62,151 nt of DNA from a virus (taxonomy: Duplodnaviria; Caudoviricetes), in IMG/VR virus record IMGVR_UViG_3300049203_000084, positions 1 through 62,151 of that record; one strand, written 5' to 3'. The position numbers were made by a program, and so were the translations under genes. Numbering within the stretch: position 1 is the stretch's first letter; each line of letters opens with the position of its first letter. Positions 17,118 through 26,997 of this stretch are shown piece after piece. The notes beneath the pieces were generated by a model. The model saw nothing but the letters and a program-made list of their open reading frames with translations. It made no database searches and was not told the DNA's origin.

Positions 17118-17501
17118 CTAGCTCTGTTGAGCTTTCCGGTATTCGTTGAATGCGTTTAGCTCCTCCAAGGTGAAAGTATTGAGTATTGCGGACAGTTTCG
17201 CTTGTGCTTTGATCCGATCATTGCGACCACGGTCACGGGTAGCGGCATCGATACCGAATCCTTCAAGGGTGCGAGCGTGTTTTACGTCCCGCTCCGCGTC
17301 AAGCAATGCCTCGAATTTTTCGGTATTGTCGGGGACCTCTTCAGATGCCGGAATGGTGCGGACGCCGCAACGGGGACAACGGCCCGTATCTACGCCGTCT
17401 ACCGTATGCTTTGCGTGGCCGTGCTCTGCGCAGTAGTCAGCGTGGCCCTGGCAAACAATCTCGCCCTTTGCGGCTGCCATATCCATTCCGTAGTGGCTCA
17501 T
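17118..17501 (-). CDS. Hypothetical Zn-binding protein
   Basis: GAGGAGCAC RBS; C..H..C..H and CPRC. Confidence 0.7.
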   Translation of the reverse strand: MSHYGMDMAAAKGEIVCQGHADYCAEHGHAKHTVDGVDTGRCPRCGVRTIPASEEVPDNTEKFEALLDAERDVKHARTLEGFGIDAATRDRGRNDRIKAQAKLSAILNTFTLEELNAFNEYRKAQQS

Positions 17502-17618
17502 GACGTGCTCCTCATTCTCTAGCTTGACTATCTAACTTATGGTTCCACCCTACACACTCGCGCAAGAGTGTGTCTATAGGTTTCTCAAAGTTTCTTGAAA
17601 ACTAGTAAGGCAGCTGCT

Positions 17619-17864
17619 CTAGGCCTCCTCGCATGTCTTGCAGGGCACACCATCGTAGCCGTTTGCCCAGCTGGCGCGGCGTGAGTGTTCATAGTCCACA
17701 GTGGAGGCCATCACTCCGCATTTGCCGCGTACTGAGACGCCGGTAGGAAAGCTGGCCACCAGATGCCATTTATCGGCATCGTTTATGTAAAACGCTCCGG
17801 CGTCATAGATTCCCCAGGCATTGCTTGTCAGGGTATCGCCGTTAGCTGCTTTAGGGCGTGACAT
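17619..17864 (-). CDS. Hypothetical protein
   Basis: GAGG RBS; H..C..CKTC. Confidence 0.6.
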   Translation of the reverse strand: MSRPKAANGDTLTSNAWGIYDAGAFYINDADKWHLVASFPTGVSVRGKCGVMASTVDYEHSRRASWANGYDGVPCKTCEEA

Positions 17865-17941
17865 GGCTTAGGCCTCTCTAGGCGAAAAACGGAATGGAAA
17901 ACATGACGAGGGCGAAAGTAAATCCGAATATGCGCCGGAAA

Positions 17942-18289
17942 TTAGGAACCATTGTTGAACCATTCCTCACAATCGCGCCTAACAACTGCTTTTACAGCCT
18001 CCGGCAATTCTGACCATTTAGCGGAATGGTGGTAAACCCTACGCCGGTAGTCTGCGGCTTGGTGCGCTCTCATTTGGCCGGAAATTCCGAATCCCTGGGG
18101 TGAGCTGGGCTCGTCAGACATTCCGCGATAGTCTATCCACCCTTCCGCGTAAGTAATGGGCTCTGAGGGCTTATAGAAAACGGTGTAGCGATCAAAGTCC
18201 TTGGGGCCGGAGTCATAAATTGCCAGCACACCTGCAGGGCAATCGCCGTCCAGGAATTTCTTTGATTGGGTCCGGGGCCGGTAGTTCAT
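17942..18289 (-). CDS. Hypothetical protein
   Basis: YDSG..DRYTVF..GMS..P..PQGF motif. Confidence 0.65.
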   Translation of the reverse strand: MNYRPRTQSKKFLDGDCPAGVLAIYDSGPKDFDRYTVFYKPSEPITYAEGWIDYRGMSDEPSSPQGFGISGQMRAHQAADYRRRVYHHSAKWSELPEAVKAVVRRDCEEWFNNGS

Positions 18290-18291
18290 TT

Positions 18292-18636
18292 TTAGTAATC
18301 CTTTCCTGCAAGTTTGAGCTGGGAGGCGTAGCGTGTGAGCACTTTACCGGCGTGCAAAATGTCGTCAAGCGTTACGCCGTCGTCTCGCATTGTTTCGAGT
18401 ATTTCGCTGTACTCGAAAGCCTCGGTATTGGCTCCGAATGGGGATTGGTGAAACTCCCATTCGGAGGGAACTTGTGAGGCGTCAATTTCGGTTATGACAT
18501 CAGCAATAGCGAACCACCAGCCCATAACCGAGCCCCAAGGGTCTCCACCATCAAAGCTATCCCGCATTCTTTCGAGGATGGGGTTACGAGTAGGCCGAGC
18601 TGAAAGCCACAACGCGAGTTTTTCCGAGTTTTCCAT
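18292..18636 (-). CDS. Hypothetical protein
   Basis: GAAAGG RBS; DPWGSVMGWWFAIA. Confidence 0.7.
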   Translation of the reverse strand: MENSEKLALWLSARPTRNPILERMRDSFDGGDPWGSVMGWWFAIADVITEIDASQVPSEWEFHQSPFGANTEAFEYSEILETMRDDGVTLDDILHAGKVLTRYASQLKLAGKDY

Positions 18637-18785
18637 TTGTCTTGCCTTTCAGAAATTCAGTGAGCCGATTGTGAGAATTGCCAGCGTTCCGGCAATTGCT
18701 AGGGAGTATTCGATACGCTGCCAAAGCCTGGAGACTCTAGGACTATTCCAGTAATCACGCTTTGCGGCCCTGCTCTGCGGCGTGC

Positions 18786-18944
18786 TCACGCTGTAACCCA
18801 AGGGCCGGGAATCTCGCCCTTTGCTCGCTGCACCAGCTGCAGCGGCGTAACTGTCGAGTATTCAGCTATCCAGGCTGCTACGGTCTGGAGCGGCCCTTTC
18901 ATGTAGACCACACCAGACGTTGGGATCATTGCGCCATATTCCAT
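18786..18944 (-). CDS. Small hypothetical protein
   Basis: 52-aa ORF MEYGAMIP..., below the ORF-track cutoff, fills the operon. Confidence 0.5.
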   Translation of the reverse strand: MEYGAMIPTSGVVYMKGPLQTVAAWIAEYSTVTPLQLVQRAKGEIPGPWVTA

Positions 18945-18948
18945 TGCC

Positions 18949-19134
18949 TTAGCTCCCTGCAGTGTTGAAGTTGGGGGCGTAGGCTACGCGGTCACGGTAG
19001 TCCGCTCGCTGCTCTGCAGTAAGGGCGAGCCATTCGCTGTACTGGAAACCCCAGCTGTGAGCGTATGCAACTTCGCGGGAATCGACTACGGGGGCCGGTG
19101 CTTCGAGGGTGGCAGCTGCCTTGCGTCCGAACAT
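18949..19134 (-). CDS. Hypothetical protein, first gene of the low-GC operon
   Basis: MFGRKAAA...; TTGACA upstream. Confidence 0.6.
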   Translation of the reverse strand: MFGRKAAATLEAPAPVVDSREVAYAHSWGFQYSEWLALTAEQRADYRDRVAYAPNFNTAGS

Positions 19135-19578
19135 TTCGCTTACCTGCTTTCGTTTGGTTGGGTGTTGCTGCTCTGAATCTCCTCTATGTGGATTAGTGCT
19201 GTCAAGCCCCCAAATTACAGCTCTATACATGCAATTTTCGGCATAACTGTATGCCTATGCGGCCCGCCTCCAGGGCTCCCAGGGGCGCAGTTTGTAACGA
19301 TTTTGGTTGAAGTTTCAAGCGTTCTGATATATCAGCAGGCGTTTTGGTTGAATCTTCAAGCCAAGGGGGTCCAAGGCCCGGAATCGCGCGGCAGCTCGAC
19401 CAGGAAAAGGGAGGTAAAGAACCCCTCGGAGGCAAAATGTGGGGCGATTTTCGGCGGTTCCGGGGGAAATCTTGAGCCAAACCTGCGGAAACCCTGCATG
19501 TCGAGGTACTGTTGCCTCATATTTTTCTGTGATTAGCTACAGAGGTACAGACCACAAACAACGAACTGGGGAGTTCAC

Positions 19579-19956
19579 ATGAGCAACGTCGTCAGCATCA
19601 ACAGCCGCAGGGTCAAAGGAGAGCCGCGCACCGCAACCGAGATGTTCCAGGAGGTCAAGGACATCCTGACCAAAGAACCAAGCACCGAGCCCCCGGCAGA
19701 GACGCAGAGCCGCCTGCTGGGCGAACTGGATGACCTCTCCTCGGACATCCTTCTCAGGAAGCTCCAGCTGATCCACCGAAAGCAGGCCGAGTACCGCAAG
19801 TGGACAGCGCAGGAAGAGGAAATGGCTGCCGAGCTGGAGGCTGCAGCATACCTCGCATACCGTCATGGTGTGCCGGAGGAAGCCATCTATGACCTCAATG
19901 ACGAGGCCCTGTCCAACGCCCTCCAGTCCGCCATGACCAAGGTGGCCTCGGCATGA
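19579..19956 (+). CDS. Hypothetical protein
   Basis: GGGGAG RBS; first rightward gene. Confidence 0.75.
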   Translation: MSNVVSINSRRVKGEPRTATEMFQEVKDILTKEPSTEPPAETQSRLLGELDDLSSDILLRKLQLIHRKQAEYRKWTAQEEEMAAELEAAAYLAYRHGVPEEAIYDLNDEALSNALQSAMTKVASA

Positions 19957-20207
19957 CCGAGCAGCTGCCCGAGTACCCCCACAATGACGCTGCCCTGGTC
20001 AACGTCGTCCGGGCACACACCGCGCTGGAGAAGATCAACGCCGAGATTGACGAGGCCGTCAAAGAGGCCACGCGCAAGATCAACGCCCAGTACACGCCCA
20101 TGATGTACGCGGCCCAGTCCGTCCTCTATGAGGCAATGGGGCAGGCCTCGGGCGCAGGCTTCACCTACCGCGAGCTGTGTGAAGTCATGCAGTGCGCCAA
20201 CCATTGA
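19953..20207 (+). CDS. Hypothetical protein (possible C-terminal HTH)
   Basis: ATGA coupling; GFTYRELCEVM. Confidence 0.7.
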   Translation: MTEQLPEYPHNDAALVNVVRAHTALEKINAEIDEAVKEATRKINAQYTPMMYAAQSVLYEAMGQASGAGFTYRELCEVMQCANH

Positions 20208-20447
20208 GGGGTACACCCCCTCTAAGAAATTCCAGTCAGACTTGAAAAAACGATTACTTACTGGCGAAACTGATGGGGTGTCATCTACTCGCCGGTAACA
20301 ATCGTCAACAAGCGAACTTTTATAGTCTAAAGTCATTGCCTAGTGGTTTGGACTATGCAAGTATTCATCTACAGGCACGATATACAGGAGCAAGACCAGC
20401 CCAAAACAAAGCACTAACACATACACACATCAAGGAGCACACAGAGC

Positions 20448-21107
20448 ATGGCTACTTTCGTAGAGTTACACAACAGGTGGAGGGGGTTCGCCGCAGACCG
20501 TGCAAAGGCACGCAAGGAAGTTGACGACAAGATCAAGGACAACAACGCCACGATTGAGCGTCTTCGCCTAGAGAACATCGAACTCGATACCTCGTTCGCC
20601 ACTGAGTGGACCCGGAAGAAGAAGCAGCTCCAGGAGGAGCGCGACCGGGCCGTCATGGACGAGATGGCGAGCGAGGAATCCGGTGGCAAGGGCAAGTCCG
20701 GTCAGGAGATTCTTCGGGAACTCGGCTCGCGCAACACCGTCTGGGTCTATGACCTGCGCAAACGTCTCGCTGCCGAGGGCAGGCTGCCCGAGACGGTCAA
20801 CGAGAACTCCAGCCCTGAGCTGCTGAAGCAGGCGAAAGAACGCTCGCGCAAGCCCGCTCTCTCGAACTCGTTTGCATCCGTCCAGTGGCTCCGGCCCGAG
20901 GGCACCGAACTGGCTGGCTGGTCCATCTCCAGCGACTTCACTCTGGTCAAGCGAGAGCGCCGTGGGGGCGTGTGGTTCATCTGCGGCCCCAACAACGAGT
21001 TCCTGGACGGCGACCGCGCCTTCTACGACTCCACCGACTCTGACCTCATCACCCAGCAGGCCGATCTGCTCATGGACCGGCTGGAGGCCGCAAGCGCCGC
21101 CTCCTGA
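20448..21107 (+). CDS. Hypothetical coiled-coil protein
   Basis: AC-rich leader with AAGGAGCAC; terminator at about 21129-21170. Confidence 0.75.
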   Translation: MATFVELHNRWRGFAADRAKARKEVDDKIKDNNATIERLRLENIELDTSFATEWTRKKKQLQEERDRAVMDEMASEESGGKGKSGQEILRELGSRNTVWVYDLRKRLAAEGRLPETVNENSSPELLKQAKERSRKPALSNSFASVQWLRPEGTELAGWSISSDFTLVKRERRGGVWFICGPNNEFLDGDRAFYDSTDSDLITQQADLLMDRLEAASAAS

Positions 21108-21286
21108 CCCGCAAACCATCCTCCCCAAGAAGCCCGCCGTGGACCCCCATACACGGCGGGCTTCGCTTTGCAAGCTGCTTACTGGATTGGTACACCGGGG
21201 CTGAAAAAATAAAGCTTGCACACCCTCGCGGACGAGTGTACTGTCAGATCATAAGCACTCAATCACACAACCAAGGAGCAACCACC

Positions 21287-21523
21287 ATGAAGGTCTACAT
21301 CAACCGCCTCGGACAGGAGCCGCTGGTATTCCATGATGCGGCCCGTTCCAATAACGTCCGCATCGAGACCGAGCAGGGCGTCTTCTCCATCATGGAGAAC
21401 AAGGACGGCTCGCTCAATATCTCGGAGGCCAGCCACATGCATCTCACGCTTCAGCCCAAGGCATCAAATTCCATCCAGCTCGGCGGCGTACTGCCCGAGG
21501 CCTTCAAGATCGGAGGCGAGTAG
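21287..21523 (+). CDS. Hypothetical protein
   Basis: Promoter TTGCAC-17-TACTGT; AAGGAGCAACC RBS. Confidence 0.75.
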   Translation: MKVYINRLGQEPLVFHDAARSNNVRIETEQGVFSIMENKDGSLNISEASHMHLTLQPKASNSIQLGGVLPEAFKIGGE

Positions 21524-21525
21524 AC

Positions 21526-21699
21526 ATGGCCAAGATCAAGGTACGCATCGAGTTCACCGCCGAAGTAGACGCGGACGCCTGGACCGAGGCCTACGGCATC
21601 GCCAAGTCCGAGGTCCGCGAGGACGTGAAGACCTACGCCCTGACCCAGCTGCAGGGCGCAGCGGCCAGCGATGAGGGTCTGTGGGAGGTGAAGGCATGA
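21526..21699 (+). CDS. Small hypothetical protein
   Basis: 57 aa MAKIKVRIEF...; GGAGG RBS. Confidence 0.65.
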   Translation: MAKIKVRIEFTAEVDADAWTEAYGIAKSEVREDVKTYALTQLQGAAASDEGLWEVKA

Positions 21700-21947
21700 G
21701 CACCAAGGAAGAACCGAGCTACATGATGTTCGCTCGGGCCAACGTCAAGGACAACCAGCTCACCACCCCGCTGGTGGTCAAGGCCCTGCTGGAGCGCATC
21801 GACCGCTTAGAGAAGACGGTTGCCGATGTGAAAGCCCTGACTGACAAGGCCTACGAGGGCCATACCTATGTTCTCCCGGATGGCTACCCCAGCCGCCCGG
21901 TGGAAGCATCTGAACTCCGCAACGCACTGGAGGAGGCAAAGAAATGA
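21696..21947 (+). CDS. Hypothetical protein
   Basis: GGAGGTG RBS, ATGA coupling. Confidence 0.7.
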   Translation: MSTKEEPSYMMFARANVKDNQLTTPLVVKALLERIDRLEKTVADVKALTDKAYEGHTYVLPDGYPSRPVEASELRNALEEAKK

Positions 21948-22252
21948 GCTGGCAGGGAGACTGGGCAGACTGGGCCGGGGACAACCCCGTAGAGGCCGAG
22001 CGCGAGCTGCGGGAAGAAGCCCGCAAGCGACTGGAGCGTGAAGTCGCGGAGTTGAAGGCCATTGTTGCGCAGAATCCCAACCCTAAGACCCCCGAGGAAT
22101 TGCTGGCTGATCTGGTCAAGGGCACTTGCGGGCACACCGAGGTGTACGCCACCGGCCACTGCGCTGACTGCGGCCACGAGGTGGAGGGCTTCGAGCCCAC
22201 CGACGCACAGATTTTCGCCCACCACGGACAGACCAAGGAGACAGCAGCATGA
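21944..22252 (+). CDS. Hypothetical protein with Zn motif
   Basis: CGH..CADC; coupled. Confidence 0.7.
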   Translation: MSWQGDWADWAGDNPVEAERELREEARKRLEREVAELKAIVAQNPNPKTPEELLADLVKGTCGHTEVYATGHCADCGHEVEGFEPTDAQIFAHHGQTKETAA

Positions 22253-22515
22253 CAACGATGGCCGAGGTGCTGGCAGCCCACCGATATGATCCCGTCCGAG
22301 CGGTCTGCTCATGCAGCGACTTCGTGCAGGTGGGTCTCCGCTGTGATGCTCAGACACATCCTGAGCACCTTGCCGAGGTTCTGGAGGCCGCAGGTTTCGG
22401 TAACCTTCACGACGCCTGGGAAAAGGGCGGGGAGGCAGCCATCGAGCGCGAGCACACCTACGGGCGCGAGGAGAAGGCCAAGTTCTCCAACCCCTTTCCG
22501 GACCCAAGGGCATGA
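22249..22515 (+). CDS. Hypothetical protein
   Basis: H..CSC..H..H motif; coupled. Confidence 0.7.
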   Translation: MTTMAEVLAAHRYDPVRAVCSCSDFVQVGLRCDAQTHPEHLAEVLEAAGFGNLHDAWEKGGEAAIEREHTYGREEKAKFSNPFPDPRA

Positions 22516-22682
22516 GCCGGAAGAAGTGGCTGATCCTGTCCCTCGTGCTGCTCGCCGGAGCCATCGGCAGTGTGCTGATGCAGGTGGCCACCGGGTTCGA
22601 GGGTTCCTGGATCATGGCAACCTTCTGGCTCACCATCGGCTCGTTCATCTCCGGCCTGCTGTCGTTCAGCTCGCCGCTGTGA
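22512..22682 (+). CDS. Small membrane protein with two TM segments
   Basis: 56 aa MSRKKWLILSLVLLAG..., two hydrophobic stretches. Confidence 0.6.
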   Translation: MSRKKWLILSLVLLAGAIGSVLMQVATGFEGSWIMATFWLTIGSFISGLLSFSSPL

Positions 22683-22867
22683 AGTCAATAGGAACCCGGA
22701 AAACTGTGCTTCCTCGCCCAATCTTGATGGAATCCTGAGCCTTTACTGGGCGTGTCTTGATGTTTCAACCATTAATAAGTGGCCTTACTACATTTTTTCT
22801 TGAATGTCATGTCATTTACAAACAAATCTCGCCTTTTCTCTACCAATTTGACTGAAAGGAACATACG

Positions 22868-23074
22868 ATGCTGTCACAGCAATTGGTTGACGTTCTCACC
22901 GGAGAGCGGAAGCGTCAGGGTCTCACCCAGAAAACAGTTGCCGAGCGAATGGGGAGGCATCCCCACTTCGTGCAAACAGTTGAATACAACAAGCGGGAAC
23001 CAAAGCTTTCAACCCTTGAACGTTATGCAGATGCGCTCGGGGTGACGCTGGAGGTCACCATCCAAACCGAGTAG
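22868..23074 (+). CDS. XRE/Cro-CI family HTH protein
   Basis: RKRQGLTQKTVAERMG..VE..REPKLSTLERYADALG. Confidence 0.9.
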   Translation: MLSQQLVDVLTGERKRQGLTQKTVAERMGRHPHFVQTVEYNKREPKLSTLERYADALGVTLEVTIQTE

Positions 23075-23098
23075 CACATCAGCAGGGGGACAGAAAGA

Positions 23099-23293
23099 GT
23101 GGAGCGTTTCGAGTCGGGTCAGTCAGTCTGGATTTCACCGGGGCTCAACGGTGAAACGGTCATCGAGGATGAGGCAGTGGTCCTCGATGACCTCGGGGAC
23201 GGTTACATCGTCCTCCAGGCAACTGAGCGGGTTCCATCCCACGGGATGGGCCATTTCGTTCAGGACATCGAGGTCTTGGCTATGATGAACTGA
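23099..23293 (+). CDS. Hypothetical protein
   Basis: Short ORF followed by a terminator at about 23302-23335. Confidence 0.5.
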   Translation: MERFESGQSVWISPGLNGETVIEDEAVVLDDLGDGYIVLQATERVPSHGMGHFVQDIEVLAMMN

Positions 23294-23431
23294 CTTGGGG
23301 GAGGGCCGGGTGCTTGACGCATCCGGCCCTTTTTCATGTCCGAAAGCTATTGCACCCTCGCCGGTAGGTGTATAGACTCATGTGTAATCCCACAGGGATA
23401 CACACCAACACCACACACTGAGGAGCAACCA

Positions 23432-23809
23432 GTGAGCATCCAGACCCTTTCCCGCAAAGTCCGTGAACTGACCCCCGAGGACGAGCTGATCGGCTCCCTC
23501 ACCAAGGAGCGCGTGAACCTGATGGTCCGCTACGCCGGAGCCTACGCGATGGACAACGGCGAGGCCGCAGGCCGTCACTGGCTGGCCTACGCGCTGGAGA
23601 CCGACATCCCCGAGCACGACTTCAGCCAGCTGTACCACTCCTTCATCCAGGCCCGTGAGACCGAGACCGTGTGCCTGGAGTTCTGGTACGGCGTGGCCAA
23701 CACCACCGAGAACCGCGAGCAGCTGCAGCGTGGCGCTGACATGACCATCGACCACTGCGTCATCCTCCTCGCCAACCGCCTGAGCACGCAGCTGGGGGTG
23801 GCACTGTGA
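23432..23809 (+). CDS. Hypothetical protein
   Basis: Promoter TTGCAC-17-TAGACT; CACCACACACTGAGGAGCAACC leader; GTG start. Confidence 0.75.
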   Translation: MSIQTLSRKVRELTPEDELIGSLTKERVNLMVRYAGAYAMDNGEAAGRHWLAYALETDIPEHDFSQLYHSFIQARETETVCLEFWYGVANTTENREQLQRGADMTIDHCVILLANRLSTQLGVAL

Positions 23810-24195
23810 AGATTCCATACCCGCAGATTCACCCCGCCGACATCCAGGCTGGAGACACCATCCTCTCCCAATGGTCAGGCACGGAGGCCACGAACTACTT
23901 TGAATGGACGGTGGAGGACACCAGCAAGCTTGAAGGCGGCAAGGAGGTCATCTACTACCTGATCGACCGGCCCAAGCCGGTGTTTCCCGAGGACTACGGC
24001 ACACTCATCATCGCCAAGAAGGTCCGGGGCATCGAGTTCCCCGAGGGCATCGTCCTTGCCCGCCAGCGCGGCGGCTACAGCGCGGCCTACCAAGGCCCGC
24101 AGTGGAAGTCCATCGACCAGCGTGTTGACGGTAAGGACAACCACGGGGAGCGCCAGATCGAGGACTGGGTGCTCGCCAAGGCGGTGCCAGCATGA
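23806..24195 (+). CDS. Hypothetical protein
   Basis: GTGA coupling. Confidence 0.7.
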   Translation: MKIPYPQIHPADIQAGDTILSQWSGTEATNYFEWTVEDTSKLEGGKEVIYYLIDRPKPVFPEDYGTLIIAKKVRGIEFPEGIVLARQRGGYSAAYQGPQWKSIDQRVDGKDNHGERQIEDWVLAKAVPA

Positions 24196-24343
24196 GGTTC
24201 ACACGCCGGACCTACCGCATCGCCATACGCCGAGCCATCCAGAAGGAATACGAGCTGTTCTGCCAGCCGGGAAACATCCACGGCTGGTACCTGCAACTGC
24301 TCCACACCGCTCGTTTGCAGGCCCGAAAGGACAGGGAGAGGCC

Positions 24344-24535
24344 ATGAGCTGCACCCGCATCGAAATCACCGGCAATCTCATCGTTCACCATCCCATCCCC
24401 GAGTCCGTGGCCATGCCCGGTGTCATCGTCAACAACGTCTACTACTGCTCGTGCAACGGCTGCGGATTCTGCAAGGGCCGGGAAGCGGAATGCACCTGTG
24501 ACATCGACTGGGGCAAGCTTTACGGCCATGACTAA
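24344..24535 (+). CDS. Small Cys-rich protein
   Basis: CSCNGCGFC..CTC. Confidence 0.55.
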   Translation: MSCTRIEITGNLIVHHPIPESVAMPGVIVNNVYYCSCNGCGFCKGREAECTCDIDWGKLYGHD

Positions 24536-24992
24536 GCAGACACCACAGCATCTCTTTTATTTGAAGGTGGAGCGCCGGGGAGACTGCCTGGAATGGACGG
24601 GTTACCGAAACCCCAAGGGCTACGGCAAGTTCAAACTGAATGGCAAGGTGCGAACTGCTACCCACGTTGTTTGGGAATGGGCACACGGACCACTGCCCGA
24701 GGGTAGGGAACTAGACCACAGATGCCACAACCATGCCTGTGTCAGACTCCGCCATCTGAGGCCGGTCACGCACAAGGAGAACATGGAGAACTTCAGGGGC
24801 GCAACGAAACGGAGCAAGTCAGGCGTCCGAGGGGTACACCAAGCTGGGAAGTCCTGGATAGCGCAAGTGACGCACCGCAGGGTGAATTATTACCTCGGGG
24901 TTTTCCCCACACCAGAACTAGCGGACGCAGCCGCGACAGCTAAACGCTTGGAACTTTTCACCCACAACGACGCAGACAGGAGGGCAGCCTGA
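24528..24992 (+). CDS. HNH endonuclease with AP2-like domain
   Basis: CLEWTG..GYG..LDHRC..CV..HL..N; SGVRGV..W.AQ..YLG.F. Confidence 0.9.
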   Translation: MTKQTPQHLFYLKVERRGDCLEWTGYRNPKGYGKFKLNGKVRTATHVVWEWAHGPLPEGRELDHRCHNHACVRLRHLRPVTHKENMENFRGATKRSKSGVRGVHQAGKSWIAQVTHRRVNYYLGVFPTPELADAAATAKRLELFTHNDADRRAA

Positions 24993-26470
24993 TGGAACGG
25001 TTAGTGCCCCGCCCAGAACAAGAAGAAGCAATCCAGGAAGTTTTGGCACACAAGAGTCACCTTTGTAGAGGGGAGACTGGGGCAGGAAAAACACTGATTG
25101 GTGTGGAAGCCATACTCAGGTCTCGCGCCAAGATTGCCCTTGTTGTCTGCCCAGTAAATACGTTTTCCGGCTGGACCAAGACGTTCCTCCGGCAGTCGGG
25201 CGGCAAGGTCCGGCCCCGCGTGATCGACTCCAAGCTGAAGGCAGGCAAGCTGGCCTTCGAGGCGCTGGTGCAGCGCGAGCCCGGTGTCTACCTCGTGGGC
25301 TGGGAGAAGTTCAGGATGTACGACTGGTCCAACATGCCACTGGATTTCACCATCGTTGATGAGGTTCACCGCCAGCAGAACCGGAGAGCAGGCACACACG
25401 CCTCGGTAATGACTACCAAGCACTCGACCTACAAGCTGGCCCTGTCCGCCACCCCGTGGGGCAATCACATCCAGGGTTCATGGGCGACTATTCGATGGCT
25501 CTGGTATGGCAGGCATGACATTGTGGGCAAGAATGACAGTTTTTGGAATTTCGTCACGATGCACATGACCACCGAGCTGGACCGCTACAGCGGCAAGAAG
25601 GTTGTGGGGGAGCGGACGCCGGGGACCGTCTGGGCCTCGCTGCCGTCCAAGTCCTACTTCCCCTCGCCGTATCAGGACGAGCCTGTCATCCACGAGATTC
25701 TGGTGCCCCTGAAGCCGACGCAGCGCAAGCTCTATGACCGCTTCGAGCAGGAAGCCATCGTGTGGCTGGAGGAGCACCCGCTGGTGGCTGACCTCCCCGC
25801 CGTCATGCGCGTCCGGCTCCGGGAAATCTGCCTCGCCGTCCCGTCCATCCGGTTCGAGTGGCAACGCATCCCGGACAATGACCTGCTCGATGAGAACTTC
25901 AACTGGGACCGCTGGGAGATGGAGGAGCGGGAGACCGGCTGGTATGCCTACAAGGAGGTGGTGTACTTCGAGGACGATGCCTTCTCCACCAAGGCCGACG
26001 CCATGCTCGATGTCATCAGTGACCTCTACGCGGCAGGGCCGGTGCCGATCCTCGTGTTCACCCACTCGGCCAAGTTCGCCACCATGTTCACCAAGCAGCT
26101 GCAGGCCAAGGGCTACAAGGCCCTGCGGTTCACGGGCGGGATGCCCCGTGAGGAGCGGGAGTGGAAAAAGGAGAACTTCGGCAAAGAGTACGACATCATG
26201 GTGTCTTCCATCGCCACCGTAGGCGAGGGAACCGATGGTTTACAGGATGTATGCAACATCGAGTTCTGGGTCTCCCTCGAAGACAACAGGCTCCTCAACA
26301 CTCAGGCCAAGGGCAGGCTCTCGCGGCCCGGTCAGAAGAAAACCGTCCAGCGGTTCCTGTTCCTCGCGGAGAACACCGTCGAGGTCAGGCAGGCTGGCAA
26401 GCTCAAAGCGGACCAGGAACAGCTGGACGCATCGTTTACCCCTCTCGAAGAACTGGAGACAGCAGCATGA
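24992..26470 (+). CDS. SF2 (SNF2-like) DNA helicase
   Basis: GETGAGKT, DEVH, SAT and QAKGRLSR motifs. Confidence 0.9.
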   Translation: MERLVPRPEQEEAIQEVLAHKSHLCRGETGAGKTLIGVEAILRSRAKIALVVCPVNTFSGWTKTFLRQSGGKVRPRVIDSKLKAGKLAFEALVQREPGVYLVGWEKFRMYDWSNMPLDFTIVDEVHRQQNRRAGTHASVMTTKHSTYKLALSATPWGNHIQGSWATIRWLWYGRHDIVGKNDSFWNFVTMHMTTELDRYSGKKVVGERTPGTVWASLPSKSYFPSPYQDEPVIHEILVPLKPTQRKLYDRFEQEAIVWLEEHPLVADLPAVMRVRLREICLAVPSIRFEWQRIPDNDLLDENFNWDRWEMEERETGWYAYKEVVYFEDDAFSTKADAMLDVISDLYAAGPVPILVFTHSAKFATMFTKQLQAKGYKALRFTGGMPREEREWKKENFGKEYDIMVSSIATVGEGTDGLQDVCNIEFWVSLEDNRLLNTQAKGRLSRPGQKKTVQRFLFLAENTVEVRQAGKLKADQEQLDASFTPLEELETAA

Positions 26471-26997
26471 AATCCCTCAACGAATACCAGCAGCAGGCAA
26501 TGTCCACCGCCATCTTCCCTGTGGACCGGAGCCTGGACTACACCGTCCTCGGCCTCTGCTCCGAGGTGGGCGAGCTGGCCGAGGCATGGCTGGACAACAG
26601 CAAAGGCTACCCCGAGGTGGCTGCCGAGGCGGGTGACTGCTACTGGTACTCCGCTGCCATCGCAGACACGCTCGAAATCCGTTTGGAGAAGGTGGTCGAG
26701 CTTTACAACGGCCCCGAGGTCTCCGGCCAACTGATTGGCAACTTCATCATCGACCTGACCCGCGTATCAGGGAACCTCGCCGGACTGGTCAAGAAGGCCA
26801 TTCGGGATGATGGTGGGCACTTCACGCAGGAGAAGGAAGCCAAGGCCATCTACTTCCTGGGCCGCACCATCCTCCTCTTGGACAAGATCACACAACAGCT
26901 CGGCACCAGCCGGTACGCCGTGATGAACGACAACTTGGACAAGCTCGCAGACCGCAAGCAGCGCGGTGTGCTTCAAGGATCAGGAGACAACCGGTAA
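26467..26997 (+). CDS. MazG-like nucleotide pyrophosphohydrolase
   Basis: LGLCSEVGE..EAGDCYWY..; C-terminal KLADRKQRGVLQGSGDNR. Confidence 0.85.
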   Translation: MKSLNEYQQQAMSTAIFPVDRSLDYTVLGLCSEVGELAEAWLDNSKGYPEVAAEAGDCYWYSAAIADTLEIRLEKVVELYNGPEVSGQLIGNFIIDLTRVSGNLAGLVKKAIRDDGGHFTQEKEAKAIYFLGRTILLLDKITQQLGTSRYAVMNDNLDKLADRKQRGVLQGSGDNR

